From Escherichia phage vB_EcoM_G2469, in the sequence record MK327934.1: DNA of 64,000 nt; one strand, written 5' to 3'. Both the position numbers and the translations under genes were made by a program. Of the stretch, positions 1 through 8,947 are shown in pieces. Under the pieces are notes generated by a model. It was not told the origin of the DNA, did not search any database, and saw nothing but the letters and a program-made list of their open reading frames with translations. Within the stretch, counting starts at the first letter, position 1. Every line of letters starts with the position of its first letter.

Positions 1-2214
1 TTATTTGGCCGCTTCCACGGCCTTCATGAATTTAACGATTTGAGCGACCTGTTCTTTGGAAAGAGTACCACGTCGTCCCATGTAGTCTGACACAATATGA
101 TAATTGGTTTCGAATTCAATAACCATTTTATCATCATTATCGTAAGCATTATCTTTAAGCTTATCGAAAATTTTAGCACACAATTCTAACTTCTTATTCA
201 GGTCTGTATTAGTAGCACCTGCGAATCGATTCCATCCCCAACGATTATTTACTGTTGAGAGTTTTGCAAAGTCTTTACTGATTTCTTTGTTCTTAGAGCT
301 AAAATACTTACTAAGGAAGTTAAGCTCTTCATTACGAGTAATATGATTCAAATAAGGCTGTGCTCTACGACTTGGTGATACATACTCATCATAATCCACT
401 TTATCGATTAGCGTAATATAGTCATTAATTGATTTTTCGAACAAGCATTCTACTTCACCAAGTTTACGAACTTTCTTAGCAATCTGTGGACGGACTACAG
501 TGAACTCTTTAATACCTGACAAATCGGCAATACGGGTCAAGAAATTGGAGTCATAGTTCAACCAACCTTTATCTGCGTCAAGACATTCAGCATTAGAACG
601 ATTACGAACTATAGCATAACCTTGGATTTCATCTGCTTCACTTGCCGGAATAAAGAGGTCTTCTGATACCCAAACGTCATTTTCATTCTTAAAGAATCGA
701 TGAGCACTTGGCAATTTAGGACGAGGCTCATTAGTCCGTTTCCTGACTTCAATCCATGGCTTAACGATTTGTAAAAGCTCTGAAGTCTTGTACATGTTAA
801 TGTTGTCGCCATCAAAGATAACTTTAAGGCGTTCCAGAAGTTTCATTGCATCTTCGTCCGTAGGGTCAACGAATAGTACACTTTTACCAAAACCGCGTGG
901 AACTTTACCAGTTAATTTAACCTCGTCTTTAGACATTTCAATTGAATTAAGAGCTCGCATTAATGGAACGCGTCCCTTAACGTCGTCAATAACAATTTCA
1001 ACATTTTTAATGTTAATGCCAATCAGACTGTTAATTGAAATGGTTGCCGTTGAGCTACCGCTTTCACGAATACGACGAAGACGAGTGGATTCAACGATAT
1101 CGTATACGACACCAAGATTACACCACTCAGGCCCCATTTTAAAACGTTTGTACAACTCAGAATAAGTTAGTTGTTCTTTAGAGTATTTCAGTGATTCAAT
1201 ATTAGAACCGGCTTTTTCCATATATTTACGAGCAGAGTAACCAAGAGAATCGATTTCACGGAATACATGACGTGGATATTCACAATCAATCCATTTCTTA
1301 GAATCTTCAGCAAATAATTTTGCATCGATTTCTGCAACACGTTTATGGATATTTGCTACTGTACGTTTATCAAATGACAATGCTTCACGAGACGGGGCTA
1401 CATCTAGTTCACCCATAGGGAATTTAATATAAGCTGTAGTGCATCGCGTCATCATCCAGGTTTGTTCTTTAATAACACTTCCGATTGGATATACAATACC
1501 ACCATAAACAGCCATGATATTACCACGTTCACCCCATGGAGCTTCCTTGGCTAAATAAACATCATCGAATTCAGGAAAGTATTTGATATCTTTAACACCG
1601 CGAACTTCTGCAATATCACCTAGAGGACGCATAACATATGCAATTTCAGATGCGAACTTTTCAAAATCTTCTGGGTTAACCGGTACAACTACTTCTACAC
1701 CCGTACGGTCATCAGGACCCATCTTATCTACGAAGGTTGGCTTAATCTGTGGACCACTGTCATCTTGATAAATTACATAACCACGAACTTCACCGTTGTG
1801 ATAAGACGTAAGGTTAAACGTATCGGTATATGCTAGTGGAGCTTTAGAGCCGAGTCCGAATCCACCAATGAAATCGTTACTCGATGTTTTAGTTGAAGCA
1901 AAATATGAGTTATAGATTCCTGGCTCTTCATCATTACCTCGAATGGTGAAATCACTCATACCAGGACCAAAGTCTCGAACTACAAAACGTGGGTCTAAAC
2001 GACCTGGAGCCTGAACAATAAACTTATCAGTGCAACCATTAAGAATTTGTCCATCGATACAGTTTGTGATTAATTCACGTACACAAGCCAATTCTTTGTT
2101 TGTATAAAGGTCATTAGACAAAATCTTATAAACTTTGCTATTGCCTTGAATAGTGAATGCTGTGCTCTTACCGCCTGAACCAATAATCGTTTCTTTAGCC
2201 GTTTCAATAATCAT
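1..2214 (-). CDS. rIIA: rIIA protein (GHKL-ATPase-like, membrane-associated)
   Basis: 737-aa ORF, ATG at 2212-2214, stop at window edge; size and position match T4 rIIA (725 aa) ahead of gene 39. Confidence 0.85.
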   Translation of the reverse strand: MIIETAKETIIGSGGKSTAFTIQGNSKVYKILSNDLYTNKELACVRELITNCIDGQILNGCTDKFIVQAPGRLDPRFVVRDFGPGMSDFTIRGNDEEPGIYNSYFASTKTSSNDFIGGFGLGSKAPLAYTDTFNLTSYHNGEVRGYVIYQDDSGPQIKPTFVDKMGPDDRTGVEVVVPVNPEDFEKFASEIAYVMRPLGDIAEVRGVKDIKYFPEFDDVYLAKEAPWGERGNIMAVYGGIVYPIGSVIKEQTWMMTRCTTAYIKFPMGELDVAPSREALSFDKRTVANIHKRVAEIDAKLFAEDSKKWIDCEYPRHVFREIDSLGYSARKYMEKAGSNIESLKYSKEQLTYSELYKRFKMGPEWCNLGVVYDIVESTRLRRIRESGSSTATISINSLIGINIKNVEIVIDDVKGRVPLMRALNSIEMSKDEVKLTGKVPRGFGKSVLFVDPTDEDAMKLLERLKVIFDGDNINMYKTSELLQIVKPWIEVRKRTNEPRPKLPSAHRFFKNENDVWVSEDLFIPASEADEIQGYAIVRNRSNAECLDADKGWLNYDSNFLTRIADLSGIKEFTVVRPQIAKKVRKLGEVECLFEKSINDYITLIDKVDYDEYVSPSRRAQPYLNHITRNEELNFLSKYFSSKNKEISKDFAKLSTVNNRWGWNRFAGATNTDLNKKLELCAKIFDKLKDNAYDNDDKMVIEFETNYHIVSDYMGRRGTLSKEQVAQIVKFMKAVEAAK

Positions 2215-2226
2215 ATTTTTCTCTCA

Positions 2227-2427
2227 TCACAAGTTACGTTTAAAAATTTCTGCTACTTCAAGAAGTTCTTCTTTAGTAGCTGTATCGGTTTGTATTTTAT
2301 ATCGAATTTCTTTAAAGCGTTCTTTAAAGGACTCTGCTGACTCGATATCAAAAAATCTTTGGATAAGCCGGAATTCCCGGAGCACTGCTTTATCAAAAAG
2401 TTCCAAGTCCACGTTATATGTTCTCAT
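2227..2427 (-). CDS. small hypothetical protein (rIIA.1 position)
   Basis: 66-aa ORF, ATG start, stop 12 nt before rIIA start. Confidence 0.5.
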   Translation of the reverse strand: MRTYNVDLELFDKAVLREFRLIQRFFDIESAESFKERFKEIRYKIQTDTATKEELLEVAEIFKRNL

Positions 2428-2452
2428 AATATTCTCTTCAGTAGATTCCTAG

Positions 2453-2503
2453 GGCACTATTACTAAAGACCATATAATCTATCATCTTATGTGTAATAGT
2501 GCC
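2453..2503. promoter_or_regulatory. inverted repeat, 11-bp arms ggcactattac/gtaatagtgcc around a 29-nt spacer containing TATAAT
   Basis: read directly in the intergenic region between the glycosyltransferase stop and rIIA.1 start. Confidence 0.4.
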
Positions 2504-2519
2504 TCAGGCTATTCAGGAT

Positions 2520-3620
2520 TTACGCTGTGAAGATTTTATCCCACATCGCAACAACTGCATCTCGGTTATACTTCTTCCATACTGCTTCAGCACGTTTAAC
2601 TCGAGCTTCGTATGTGTCAGTGAATTCTAATACAGCTTTTGTGTAAAGCGCAACTACTTCTTTCTTAGGAGTAGAGGAATCAATTTCTACACGCACAGTA
2701 TCTGGGTCGTATTCGAATGTCGCATGAGGATAATCCTTAAAAACTAACTGAATTACAGGGACACCTTTAGAGATGGCTTCAATAGAACTATTCTCTACCG
2801 TACCTGTGTCAGGACACGTATTAATAAGTGCTTTAGCTATTTTAAGGCGTTCCATGATTTCACTGTGTGGAGCATCAATAATAACAGGATATTTAGCTGG
2901 TGGCGCCCATTTGCTTGGACAGTATCCTGCACCATTTTCGCCTAGTGCTTTAATCGCTTCAAGAGCAACATCAGTACGACGCATTTTAGTGTCATAACGT
3001 TGTGCACTAATAATCAGATCCGTCGCCGGAAGAACTTCAGGTTTATCATTCAAACAAATAACCGGATAATCTTCGGCTTCAAACAACGGATTTGCTCGCC
3101 AATAATCATAATCAATTTTGTCAGTCAGACCTGAAGTCATATAACAATATTTGCGTTCAAATTCACGGAAGGCTTTAGTAGGAGCATAACTCTTACCACC
3201 GTTCTTATGAATTTGAATAGTCTGGTCCCAAATTTGAACAATGCCACGAGATACCGGTTCAAATGGTGTTGCCATAAAATTCTTATGAACTTTAGAGAGA
3301 CCTGCGTCTTTAATTGCCTGAACGGTTAGTTTAGTCGGTTCCATAGTAACAACAAAATCGTATTCATGGATGCCGGCTAGTTCAACAATCTTACGAGCCA
3401 TAGTATAACTCATACCTAGACTGAATTTTGTCAGATGACCAACAGGATGATGATTAACTTTCCAGTCACCAAATGTGTCATTATCAAAACCGATATAATC
3501 AATATCAGCACCGATGGACACAAGATATTTCAACACATTTAAATGTACTGCTTCAAGACCACCTTGTACACGGTCAGGATTAAATGGGACTGCACGAGAT
3601 GGGATAAACATAACTTTCAT
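2520..3620 (-). CDS. glycosyltransferase, GT-B/GT4-like (candidate DNA hmC sugar transferase)
   Basis: 366 aa; N-terminus MKVMFIPSRAVPFNPDRVQGGLE is typical of GT-B retaining glycosyltransferases; sits where T4 has gene 60/mobA. Confidence 0.7.
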   Translation of the reverse strand: MKVMFIPSRAVPFNPDRVQGGLEAVHLNVLKYLVSIGADIDYIGFDNDTFGDWKVNHHPVGHLTKFSLGMSYTMARKIVELAGIHEYDFVVTMEPTKLTVQAIKDAGLSKVHKNFMATPFEPVSRGIVQIWDQTIQIHKNGGKSYAPTKAFREFERKYCYMTSGLTDKIDYDYWRANPLFEAEDYPVICLNDKPEVLPATDLIISAQRYDTKMRRTDVALEAIKALGENGAGYCPSKWAPPAKYPVIIDAPHSEIMERLKIAKALINTCPDTGTVENSSIEAISKGVPVIQLVFKDYPHATFEYDPDTVRVEIDSSTPKKEVVALYTKAVLEFTDTYEARVKRAEAVWKKYNRDAVVAMWDKIFTA

Positions 3621-3631
3621 AATTAAGCCTT

Positions 3632-3665
3632 ATTAAAATTAAAATGAAGCTCCCGAAGGAGCTTA
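3632..3665 (-). terminator. intrinsic terminator-like hairpin (stem aagctcc, loop UUCG on RNA) followed by U-rich tract
   Basis: hairpin 3648-3665 overlaps gene 39 stop; A-run on plus strand gives U-run on minus transcript. Confidence 0.5.
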
Positions 3666-5480
3666 GGACATCCATTCTTTACGAAGTTCTGAATCATCAC
3701 CCATCAACATTTCAAAGAGTTCTTTCCAATTTTCAGGAAGTTTAACTACGTCGTACACAGGGTTCTGAATCATTTCACGATATTCTGACTTTTCAAGGGA
3801 GCCTAATCCCTTGATGTATCTAATACTATGCTTAGGCAGTGTATCTTCAACTTCTTCATACTCAGCTACAGTATAAAACCATTTTTGAGTTTTGCCAATT
3901 TGTGCAATAATTACAGGTGTTTTAACAAAGCGAATACGTCCTTGTTCAAACAATTCAGGCCAATTACTAAAGAAAGCAAGCAAAGCCGGATAGATACTTC
4001 CAAGACCGTCATGATCGGCATCGGTCATAATTGCAATATTACGATAGTTCGTATTCTCTGCCTTTTCACCAAGAATAAGACCTGTGATAGCACAGATATC
4101 AAAGAGCTCTTTGTTCTTCATCATATCAGCATATGACATACCCCAGCTATTCATCACCTTACCACGTAATGGGAATCCGCCGTGTAGTTCACGGTCACGA
4201 ACATCAATGAGATAACCAATTGCCGAATCACCTTCTGTTAAAAACAATGTCGTATCTGCATCTTTACCACATTGGTTAGCTTTAATATGCTTATGAACCT
4301 TAGCTTTAGTTGCCTTTTTAGCTGCTTTAGTTTCTGCAGCCTTTTCTGCCGCCAATTTACGAGCTAATGCTGCTTCAACAATAGGCATAATCAAGGCTTC
4401 GTTTTTAAGAAGTGCCTGAGCAATTTTCTTAGCATCTAATTGGATATGATTACGAATATCACCATACGTTGACGTTAAACGTTCTTTAGTCTGAGAATCA
4501 AAACGCATGTTGCTCATGTCTCTAATAAACATCAACATTGTGAGGCATTCTTTAACACGAGCTTTAGTGACTTCAATACCCTTATATTTCTTTTTAATAC
4601 CTGGCAAAAGATGTTCGCAGATATCATCCATTACACATTCAACATGATGACCACCATTTTTAGTATGGATGTTATTCACATAAGTTAAATGACGGAAGCC
4701 ATCTGGTGATGTTGTGAATGCTATAGAGACTTTATCATTTTCTTGAATGATGTTATCTTCACCAAATTGTTTAGCAAATCGTTTAAAATTACCATCAACC
4801 TTTTTACCATTAAATGTGAACTTGATATCAGGATAAACGACTGCCAATGTTTGAAGTCGGTCTAAAGTAATATCTAAATAAATTTGAGATAAATTATGCT
4901 CTTCAAATGAAGAGAAATCAGGAGTGAAGATTACTTTAGTGCCTTTACCTTTAGATTTCTTAGAAGACCATGATTTGTTTTCCATTCCGTTTGAACAGTT
5001 AACAGTGATTTCGTTTTCGCCATCTGACGTGATGCCTGTAAACAACGTAGAGAAGATATTAGTTAAACTACTCCCGACGCCGTTCATACCACCAGTCTTG
5101 CGTTCAGAGTCATCACCAAAGTTACCACCGGCCTTTGGAATAGTCCAGGCTGCTACAGGCCCAGGAATTTGTTCACCTGTTTGGTCGGTAACTAAACCTT
5201 GAGGAATACCACGTCCGTTATCTTCCACCGAAACTTGATTATTTTTAATTTGCACATCAATTTTATTTGCAAACTTAAATGATGTACGAATAGCTTCATC
5301 AACCGAGTTGTCAATAATCTCATCGATTAATTTAACCAGACCAGGAACATATTCAACTTGTTGATATTTACCAAACAAAAAACGCTCATGGGCTTCTTTA
5401 GCAGAAGAACCAATATACATACCACTACGTTTCTTAATATGTTCTACATCTGACAATACCTTAATTTCATTTTTAATCAT
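3663..5480 (-). CDS. 39: DNA topoisomerase II large subunit, GyrB-like ATPase (fused 39+60 form)
   Basis: 605 aa; GHKL motif IIDNSVDEAIRT; uninterrupted ORF with no separate gene 60. Confidence 0.9.
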   Translation of the reverse strand: MIKNEIKVLSDVEHIKKRSGMYIGSSAKEAHERFLFGKYQQVEYVPGLVKLIDEIIDNSVDEAIRTSFKFANKIDVQIKNNQVSVEDNGRGIPQGLVTDQTGEQIPGPVAAWTIPKAGGNFGDDSERKTGGMNGVGSSLTNIFSTLFTGITSDGENEITVNCSNGMENKSWSSKKSKGKGTKVIFTPDFSSFEEHNLSQIYLDITLDRLQTLAVVYPDIKFTFNGKKVDGNFKRFAKQFGEDNIIQENDKVSIAFTTSPDGFRHLTYVNNIHTKNGGHHVECVMDDICEHLLPGIKKKYKGIEVTKARVKECLTMLMFIRDMSNMRFDSQTKERLTSTYGDIRNHIQLDAKKIAQALLKNEALIMPIVEAALARKLAAEKAAETKAAKKATKAKVHKHIKANQCGKDADTTLFLTEGDSAIGYLIDVRDRELHGGFPLRGKVMNSWGMSYADMMKNKELFDICAITGLILGEKAENTNYRNIAIMTDADHDGLGSIYPALLAFFSNWPELFEQGRIRFVKTPVIIAQIGKTQKWFYTVAEYEEVEDTLPKHSIRYIKGLGSLEKSEYREMIQNPVYDVVKLPENWKELFEMLMGDDSELRKEWMS

Positions 5481-5520
5481 GTTGTCTCCTCGTTATGAAG
5501 GTATTCTATCATTCGAAATC

Positions 5521-5545
5521 TAAAGCAAAAAGGGCCGAAGCCCTT
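5521..5545 (-). terminator. intrinsic terminator-like hairpin (gggc-UUCG-gccc) plus U-run
   Basis: aagggccgaagccctt preceded by A-run on plus strand, immediately after the stop of ORF 5544-5969. Confidence 0.5.
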
Positions 5546-5969
5546 ATTTAAATTTAATTTTCTGAAGTGCATCAATTGCAGCTAAACGCCCTTGTTCACT
5601 TTTAACTGTAATGACCACATCGCCTGATACGATCACCGAACCATCAACAAATTCTATAGAGCCTTTTTTGAAATCGACAGCTGTATCTGGTTCCGGAACT
5701 TCTTCAAAGAATTTAAATTCTGCACCATAAAGCAGAATATCACCTTGCATACTATGAATAGTTCGGCCATAATCGCCTACGGCTTCTACAGCAATAATCG
5801 AAACGCCGTAACCAATCATCTCTTCCACAATAAAATCTTTGGACAATAAAGTAGTATGCAGATTAGTATTAAGACGTTTACCAGTTGTATTAAGAATTCT
5901 CAAGAAATTATCTTCTTGTCCTTTGATAATACGATATTTCTTACCAACTTCAAAACCTTTAAAAGCCAT
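5544..5969 (-). CDS. hypothetical protein
   Basis: 141-aa ORF, ATG start, 2 nt after upstream stop. Confidence 0.5.
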   Translation of the reverse strand: MAFKGFEVGKKYRIIKGQEDNFLRILNTTGKRLNTNLHTTLLSKDFIVEEMIGYGVSIIAVEAVGDYGRTIHSMQGDILLYGAEFKFFEEVPEPDTAVDFKKGSIEFVDGSVIVSGDVVITVKSEQGRLAAIDALQKIKFK

Positions 5970-5971
5970 AA

Positions 5972-6151
5972 TTAACCCTTCTTAAGTAAGTCGTAAAAAC
6001 CACCGTTCACATGTTTAGGAGCAGAAACCCGACGAGTAGACAGACGATGACATTCAGGGCAAACATCGTTTTCTCGTTCAGAAATTCTTTTAATTTTTTC
6101 ATATTCATGACCACAATCTTCAGATTGGCATTTATAGTCGTATAACGGCAT
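5972..6151 (-). CDS. small zinc-ribbon protein (CxxxxC...CxxC), not in ORF track
   Basis: 59-aa ORF MPLYDYKCQSEDCGH...CPECH, ATG at 6149-6151; fills an otherwise empty 180-bp gap. Confidence 0.4.
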   Translation of the reverse strand: MPLYDYKCQSEDCGHEYEKIKRISERENDVCPECHRLSTRRVSAPKHVNGGFYDLLKKG

Positions 6152-6153
6152 TA

Positions 6154-6564
6154 TTATTCCTTAAAATGTGCTTTCAACATTTGATACAAAGACCATGCCT
6201 GGTCATTATTTTTGATAGTAATCGTCATCACAGGAAATTCAGACAATTCATCAAGTTCACCAGAATCTTGCTCTTCGGACGCTTGATACGGATTTTCAAC
6301 TTCGACAAAGAACTCTGCTTCATTCGTGGAAAGCCAGATAAAGTTTTCATCAAGGATATCACCGCCTGATGCATATCCAACCATGCCAGTAGATGTCACA
6401 ATTTTGGTAGGACGTCCAAGATGGTCAACATCTAATACTTTAAATGGTTCCATGCCAAGACGTCGTGCATAAATCCCATTATCAGTGTGGTCTTTAATAA
6501 ACTCTTCTTGGGCACGTTTATCTATAAATTGGTACCATGAGTTAACGCGGAATTTATTAGCCAT
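6154..6564 (-). CDS. hypothetical protein
   Basis: track ORF starts at TTG; internal ATG at 6562-6564 preceded by ggaagga SD; 136 aa. Confidence 0.5.
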   Translation of the reverse strand: MANKFRVNSWYQFIDKRAQEEFIKDHTDNGIYARRLGMEPFKVLDVDHLGRPTKIVTSTGMVGYASGGDILDENFIWLSTNEAEFFVEVENPYQASEEQDSGELDELSEFPVMTITIKNNDQAWSLYQMLKAHFKE

Positions 6565-6791
6565 TAGTAAGTTTCCTTCCAATAAGTTGTACCGTTTTCA
6601 GTGATTTCACGGAAGATACCATAGATAGGCATTTCATCACCGAGTTTTTCGTAAACGTAAACCACTTCAGTGTAGCATAAAAATTCGGTCCAGTTTTTCT
6701 GTACAACAACTAAATCAGGATTAAACAGAACATCTTCAAACTCATCGATGTTTGAATCAGTAGTTACGTTTTTAATGATTTGACGTTTCAT
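6564..6791 (-). CDS. hypothetical protein
   Basis: start moved to ATG at 6789-6791 with aggag SD; upstream part of track ORF is promoter read-through. Confidence 0.45.
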   Translation of the reverse strand: MKRQIIKNVTTDSNIDEFEDVLFNPDLVVVQKNWTEFLCYTEVVYVYEKLGDEMPIYGIFREITENGTTYWKETY

Positions 6792-6819
6792 AATATTCTC
6801 CTCTTGTTTTGATAGGTCT

Positions 6820-6849
6820 ATAGTATCATAGACCATAGTTGTTGTACAT
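6820..6849 (-). promoter_or_regulatory. early-type sigma70 promoter (TGTACA -35, TACTAT -10)
   Basis: 17-bp spacing; conserved gataggtctata element with local inverted repeat. Confidence 0.45.
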
Positions 6850-7373
6850 CATTTTAGCAAAATAAAATCAACTTGTTCTGCCAATGAACGTCTGAACATT
6901 AATTGATAACTTCCGAGGATGAAATCAGGTGCTTCATAGACCGCGATGTAGTATCCTTTAGCTTTCAAGAGTTTAACATCCACCTGGTCATCAAACCATG
7001 CATAAACCGCGTCAACACTTTCAAATCCAAAATAGAACCCTTGAGCCCAATCTTCACTCAATTCAAATGTGTGCTCAATTCTATAGTATCTTAAGATATT
7101 TTGTTCAAGGAGTTTGTCTTCATTTACTGTAGGACGATTAGGGACATTATAGTTGTCACCGTGATGGTAGAAGTTACCTGAGATTATTCCATGTTTATCA
7201 AGGAACTCCCATGTTTCTTCAGAGTTGTCGGTGCCCGACCAACCGTACGGCGAGCGAGGTTCTTTATTCCAAGAGGTTTCCCAAATTCTGACGGCTTTAC
7301 CGTCTTCGATAGCAATTCCTGGTAATGATTCACGTTGAGTACAAAAACTACGTTCTACGCGGTAAACTAACAT
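6849..7373 (-). CDS. hypothetical protein
   Basis: 174-aa ORF, ATG start, gaggag SD. Confidence 0.55.
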   Translation of the reverse strand: MLVYRVERSFCTQRESLPGIAIEDGKAVRIWETSWNKEPRSPYGWSGTDNSEETWEFLDKHGIISGNFYHHGDNYNVPNRPTVNEDKLLEQNILRYYRIEHTFELSEDWAQGFYFGFESVDAVYAWFDDQVDVKLLKAKGYYIAVYEAPDFILGSYQLMFRRSLAEQVDFILLK

Positions 7374-7398
7374 ATTATTCTCCTCTGGTTAATATGGT

Positions 7399-7427
7399 TA
7401 TAATATCAAAACCGGAGGAGAAGTAAA
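7399..7427 (-). promoter_or_regulatory. early-type promoter GTTTAC-N17-TATTAT
   Basis: minus-strand GTTTAC ttctcctccggttttga TATTAT; spacer ttctcctc is complementary to downstream SD gaggagaa. Confidence 0.5.
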
Positions 7428-7432
7428 CAACT

Positions 7433-7852
7433 TTATGCGAAAGCAGCTGGGCTATATTTTTTAATTTGGAATTCAGGAACTACCATGAACTGTCCAGCGA
7501 AAACGATGTTATAAAGCTTAACACCATCTTCTACCCAACGGTCGCTAATAAATCCGGCGATTTGCTTAGTTTTCCACGGTGTTCCATCAGTTGCCGCAGC
7601 AATAGTGAATTCATGGTCTTTTTCAACAGAAACTGATCTGCATAGTCCCCATTTGAACGCTTTTTCTTCTGGTTCAATGAATTGGCTTTTAACGTAACCA
7701 ATGTTACCATCAGCATCACGAACTTTAACTTCGTTACGTCCAAAAACCGGATCACTCGCAGAAAGAACTTCAACCAACTTCCCGGCAACTTTAGAGCGAG
7801 AAGCAACAGATACATATACGTAATCACCTGTAGAGAGATTTACAATATTCAT
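7433..7852 (-). CDS. hypothetical protein, tandem paralog 1 of 3
   Basis: 139 aa; shares C-terminal motif QWVEDGxxLYNIVFAGxFxVV with the two ORFs upstream. Confidence 0.6.
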   Translation of the reverse strand: MNIVNLSTGDYVYVSVASRSKVAGKLVEVLSASDPVFGRNEVKVRDADGNIGYVKSQFIEPEEKAFKWGLCRSVSVEKDHEFTIAAATDGTPWKTKQIAGFISDRWVEDGVKLYNIVFAGQFMVVPEFQIKKYSPAAFA

Positions 7853-7861
7853 AATAATTCC

Positions 7862-8326
7862 TTAAGCTTTACGAGGAGACACATAGCGAGTGATTTCAGA
7901 TTCTTTAACAACTCGGAAGTCACCTAAGAATACGATATTGTATAACTTTTCACCATCTTCAACCCATTGGTCACTAATGAAGCCACACATAGTATCAGTT
8001 TTGCTTGGATAACCGTATTCATCGATGAAGTCAAATTCTTTATCAGTCTGGAATTCAACACCTTTACACAAGGCCCATTTGAACTGTGTAGTAGGCTCAA
8101 CGATATCGCTTGAAGCAAAGTGGGCACTTACACGAGTTTCCAAGAATTTAGGACTTACGTAAGCATACTGGGCATCTTGTCCGCCAAAACTTGGGATGAT
8201 TCGAACTTTAACTTCTTTAACACGTCCCATGCCGTTAGTACGAAGCCCTGCTACTTCAACCAGACGACCTGCAGCTTTAGAACGAGAAGCAGGAGATACA
8301 CGAAGGATTTCACCAATAGTAATCAT
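7862..8326 (-). CDS. hypothetical protein, tandem paralog 2 of 3
   Basis: 154 aa; shared N-terminal SRSKAAG and C-terminal QWVEDG motifs. Confidence 0.6.
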   Translation of the reverse strand: MITIGEILRVSPASRSKAAGRLVEVAGLRTNGMGRVKEVKVRIIPSFGGQDAQYAYVSPKFLETRVSAHFASSDIVEPTTQFKWALCKGVEFQTDKEFDFIDEYGYPSKTDTMCGFISDQWVEDGEKLYNIVFLGDFRVVKESEITRYVSPRKA

Positions 8327-8354
8327 AATTTCTCTCTTTGTTTAAATTGAATTC

Positions 8355-8384
8355 ACTATACTCCATCCATCCTTGGATGTACAA
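8355..8384 (-). promoter_or_regulatory. early-type promoter (TGTACA -35, TATAGT -10) with ccaaggatgg spacer element
   Basis: read on minus strand upstream of paralog 2. Confidence 0.45.
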
Positions 8385-8386
8385 CA

Positions 8387-8881
8387 TTAATTAAGGATAC
8401 TAACCACAGCACTACGTGGAACTACACTAAAATCACCTGCATGAACAACGTTCAGAAGTTCAACACCGTCTTCAATCCATTGGTCAGTTACCCATCCACT
8501 CACTGGACCTGCGAACGGACGTCGAATTGAAACAGCTTTACACAACAAATCAGTAGGCTCAATAGGCTTAATCAGAGTACCGTACATACAAGCGATATCC
8601 ATATCAATACAGATATCTTTAACGGGTTCTACTTCTTCAATCAACAGTTCAAAGTCGGTGCTTGGAAGGGCGGTAGTAGAAATTGTACCATATGAATTTT
8701 TAATTTCTAAGAATAACCAAGGGCCTTCAGCTTGTTTGATGAAGTTAACAATAGTGAAACTATTACCTTGAGTGGCACCTAAAATTTCACAAAACTTTTC
8801 ATAAGCTCGCACTGAAGCACCGTACCAGTTGATTTGTTTTTCGTCTTTCAGGATGTAAGTAGCCGTAGTATTGATATTCAT
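8387..8881 (-). CDS. hypothetical protein, tandem paralog 3 of 3
   Basis: 164 aa; C-terminal QWIEDGVELLNVVHAGDFSVV. Confidence 0.6.
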   Translation of the reverse strand: MNINTTATYILKDEKQINWYGASVRAYEKFCEILGATQGNSFTIVNFIKQAEGPWLFLEIKNSYGTISTTALPSTDFELLIEEVEPVKDICIDMDIACMYGTLIKPIEPTDLLCKAVSIRRPFAGPVSGWVTDQWIEDGVELLNVVHAGDFSVVPRSAVVSILN

Positions 8882-8912
8882 AATGTTTTTCCTGTTTGGT
8901 TAAGATAGAAAG

Positions 8913-8942
8913 ATTATACTCCAACCATCCTTGGTTGTAAAC
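8913..8942 (-). promoter_or_regulatory. early-type promoter GTTTAC-N18-TATAAT
   Basis: minus strand GTTTAC aaccaaggatggttggag TATAAT upstream of paralog 3. Confidence 0.55.
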
Positions 8943-8947
8943 TGATT

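Noticed and set aside
788-1165. Plus-strand ORFs inside long minus-strand genes (for example 788-1165, 4924-5202, 12205-12594, 31835-32275, 38573-39064, 54666-55022)
   Set aside because: They are antisense to well-supported genes such as rIIA, gene 39, DNA polymerase and gene 46, have no SD or promoter context, and their peptides are low-complexity.
7531-7827. Alternative-frame minus-strand ORFs nested in real genes (7531-7827, 7924-8127, 33927-34160, 34630-34824, 54592-54792, 58687-58887, 609-815)
   Set aside because: Each lies wholly within a longer gene with recognisable homology or paralogy and has no start context of its own.
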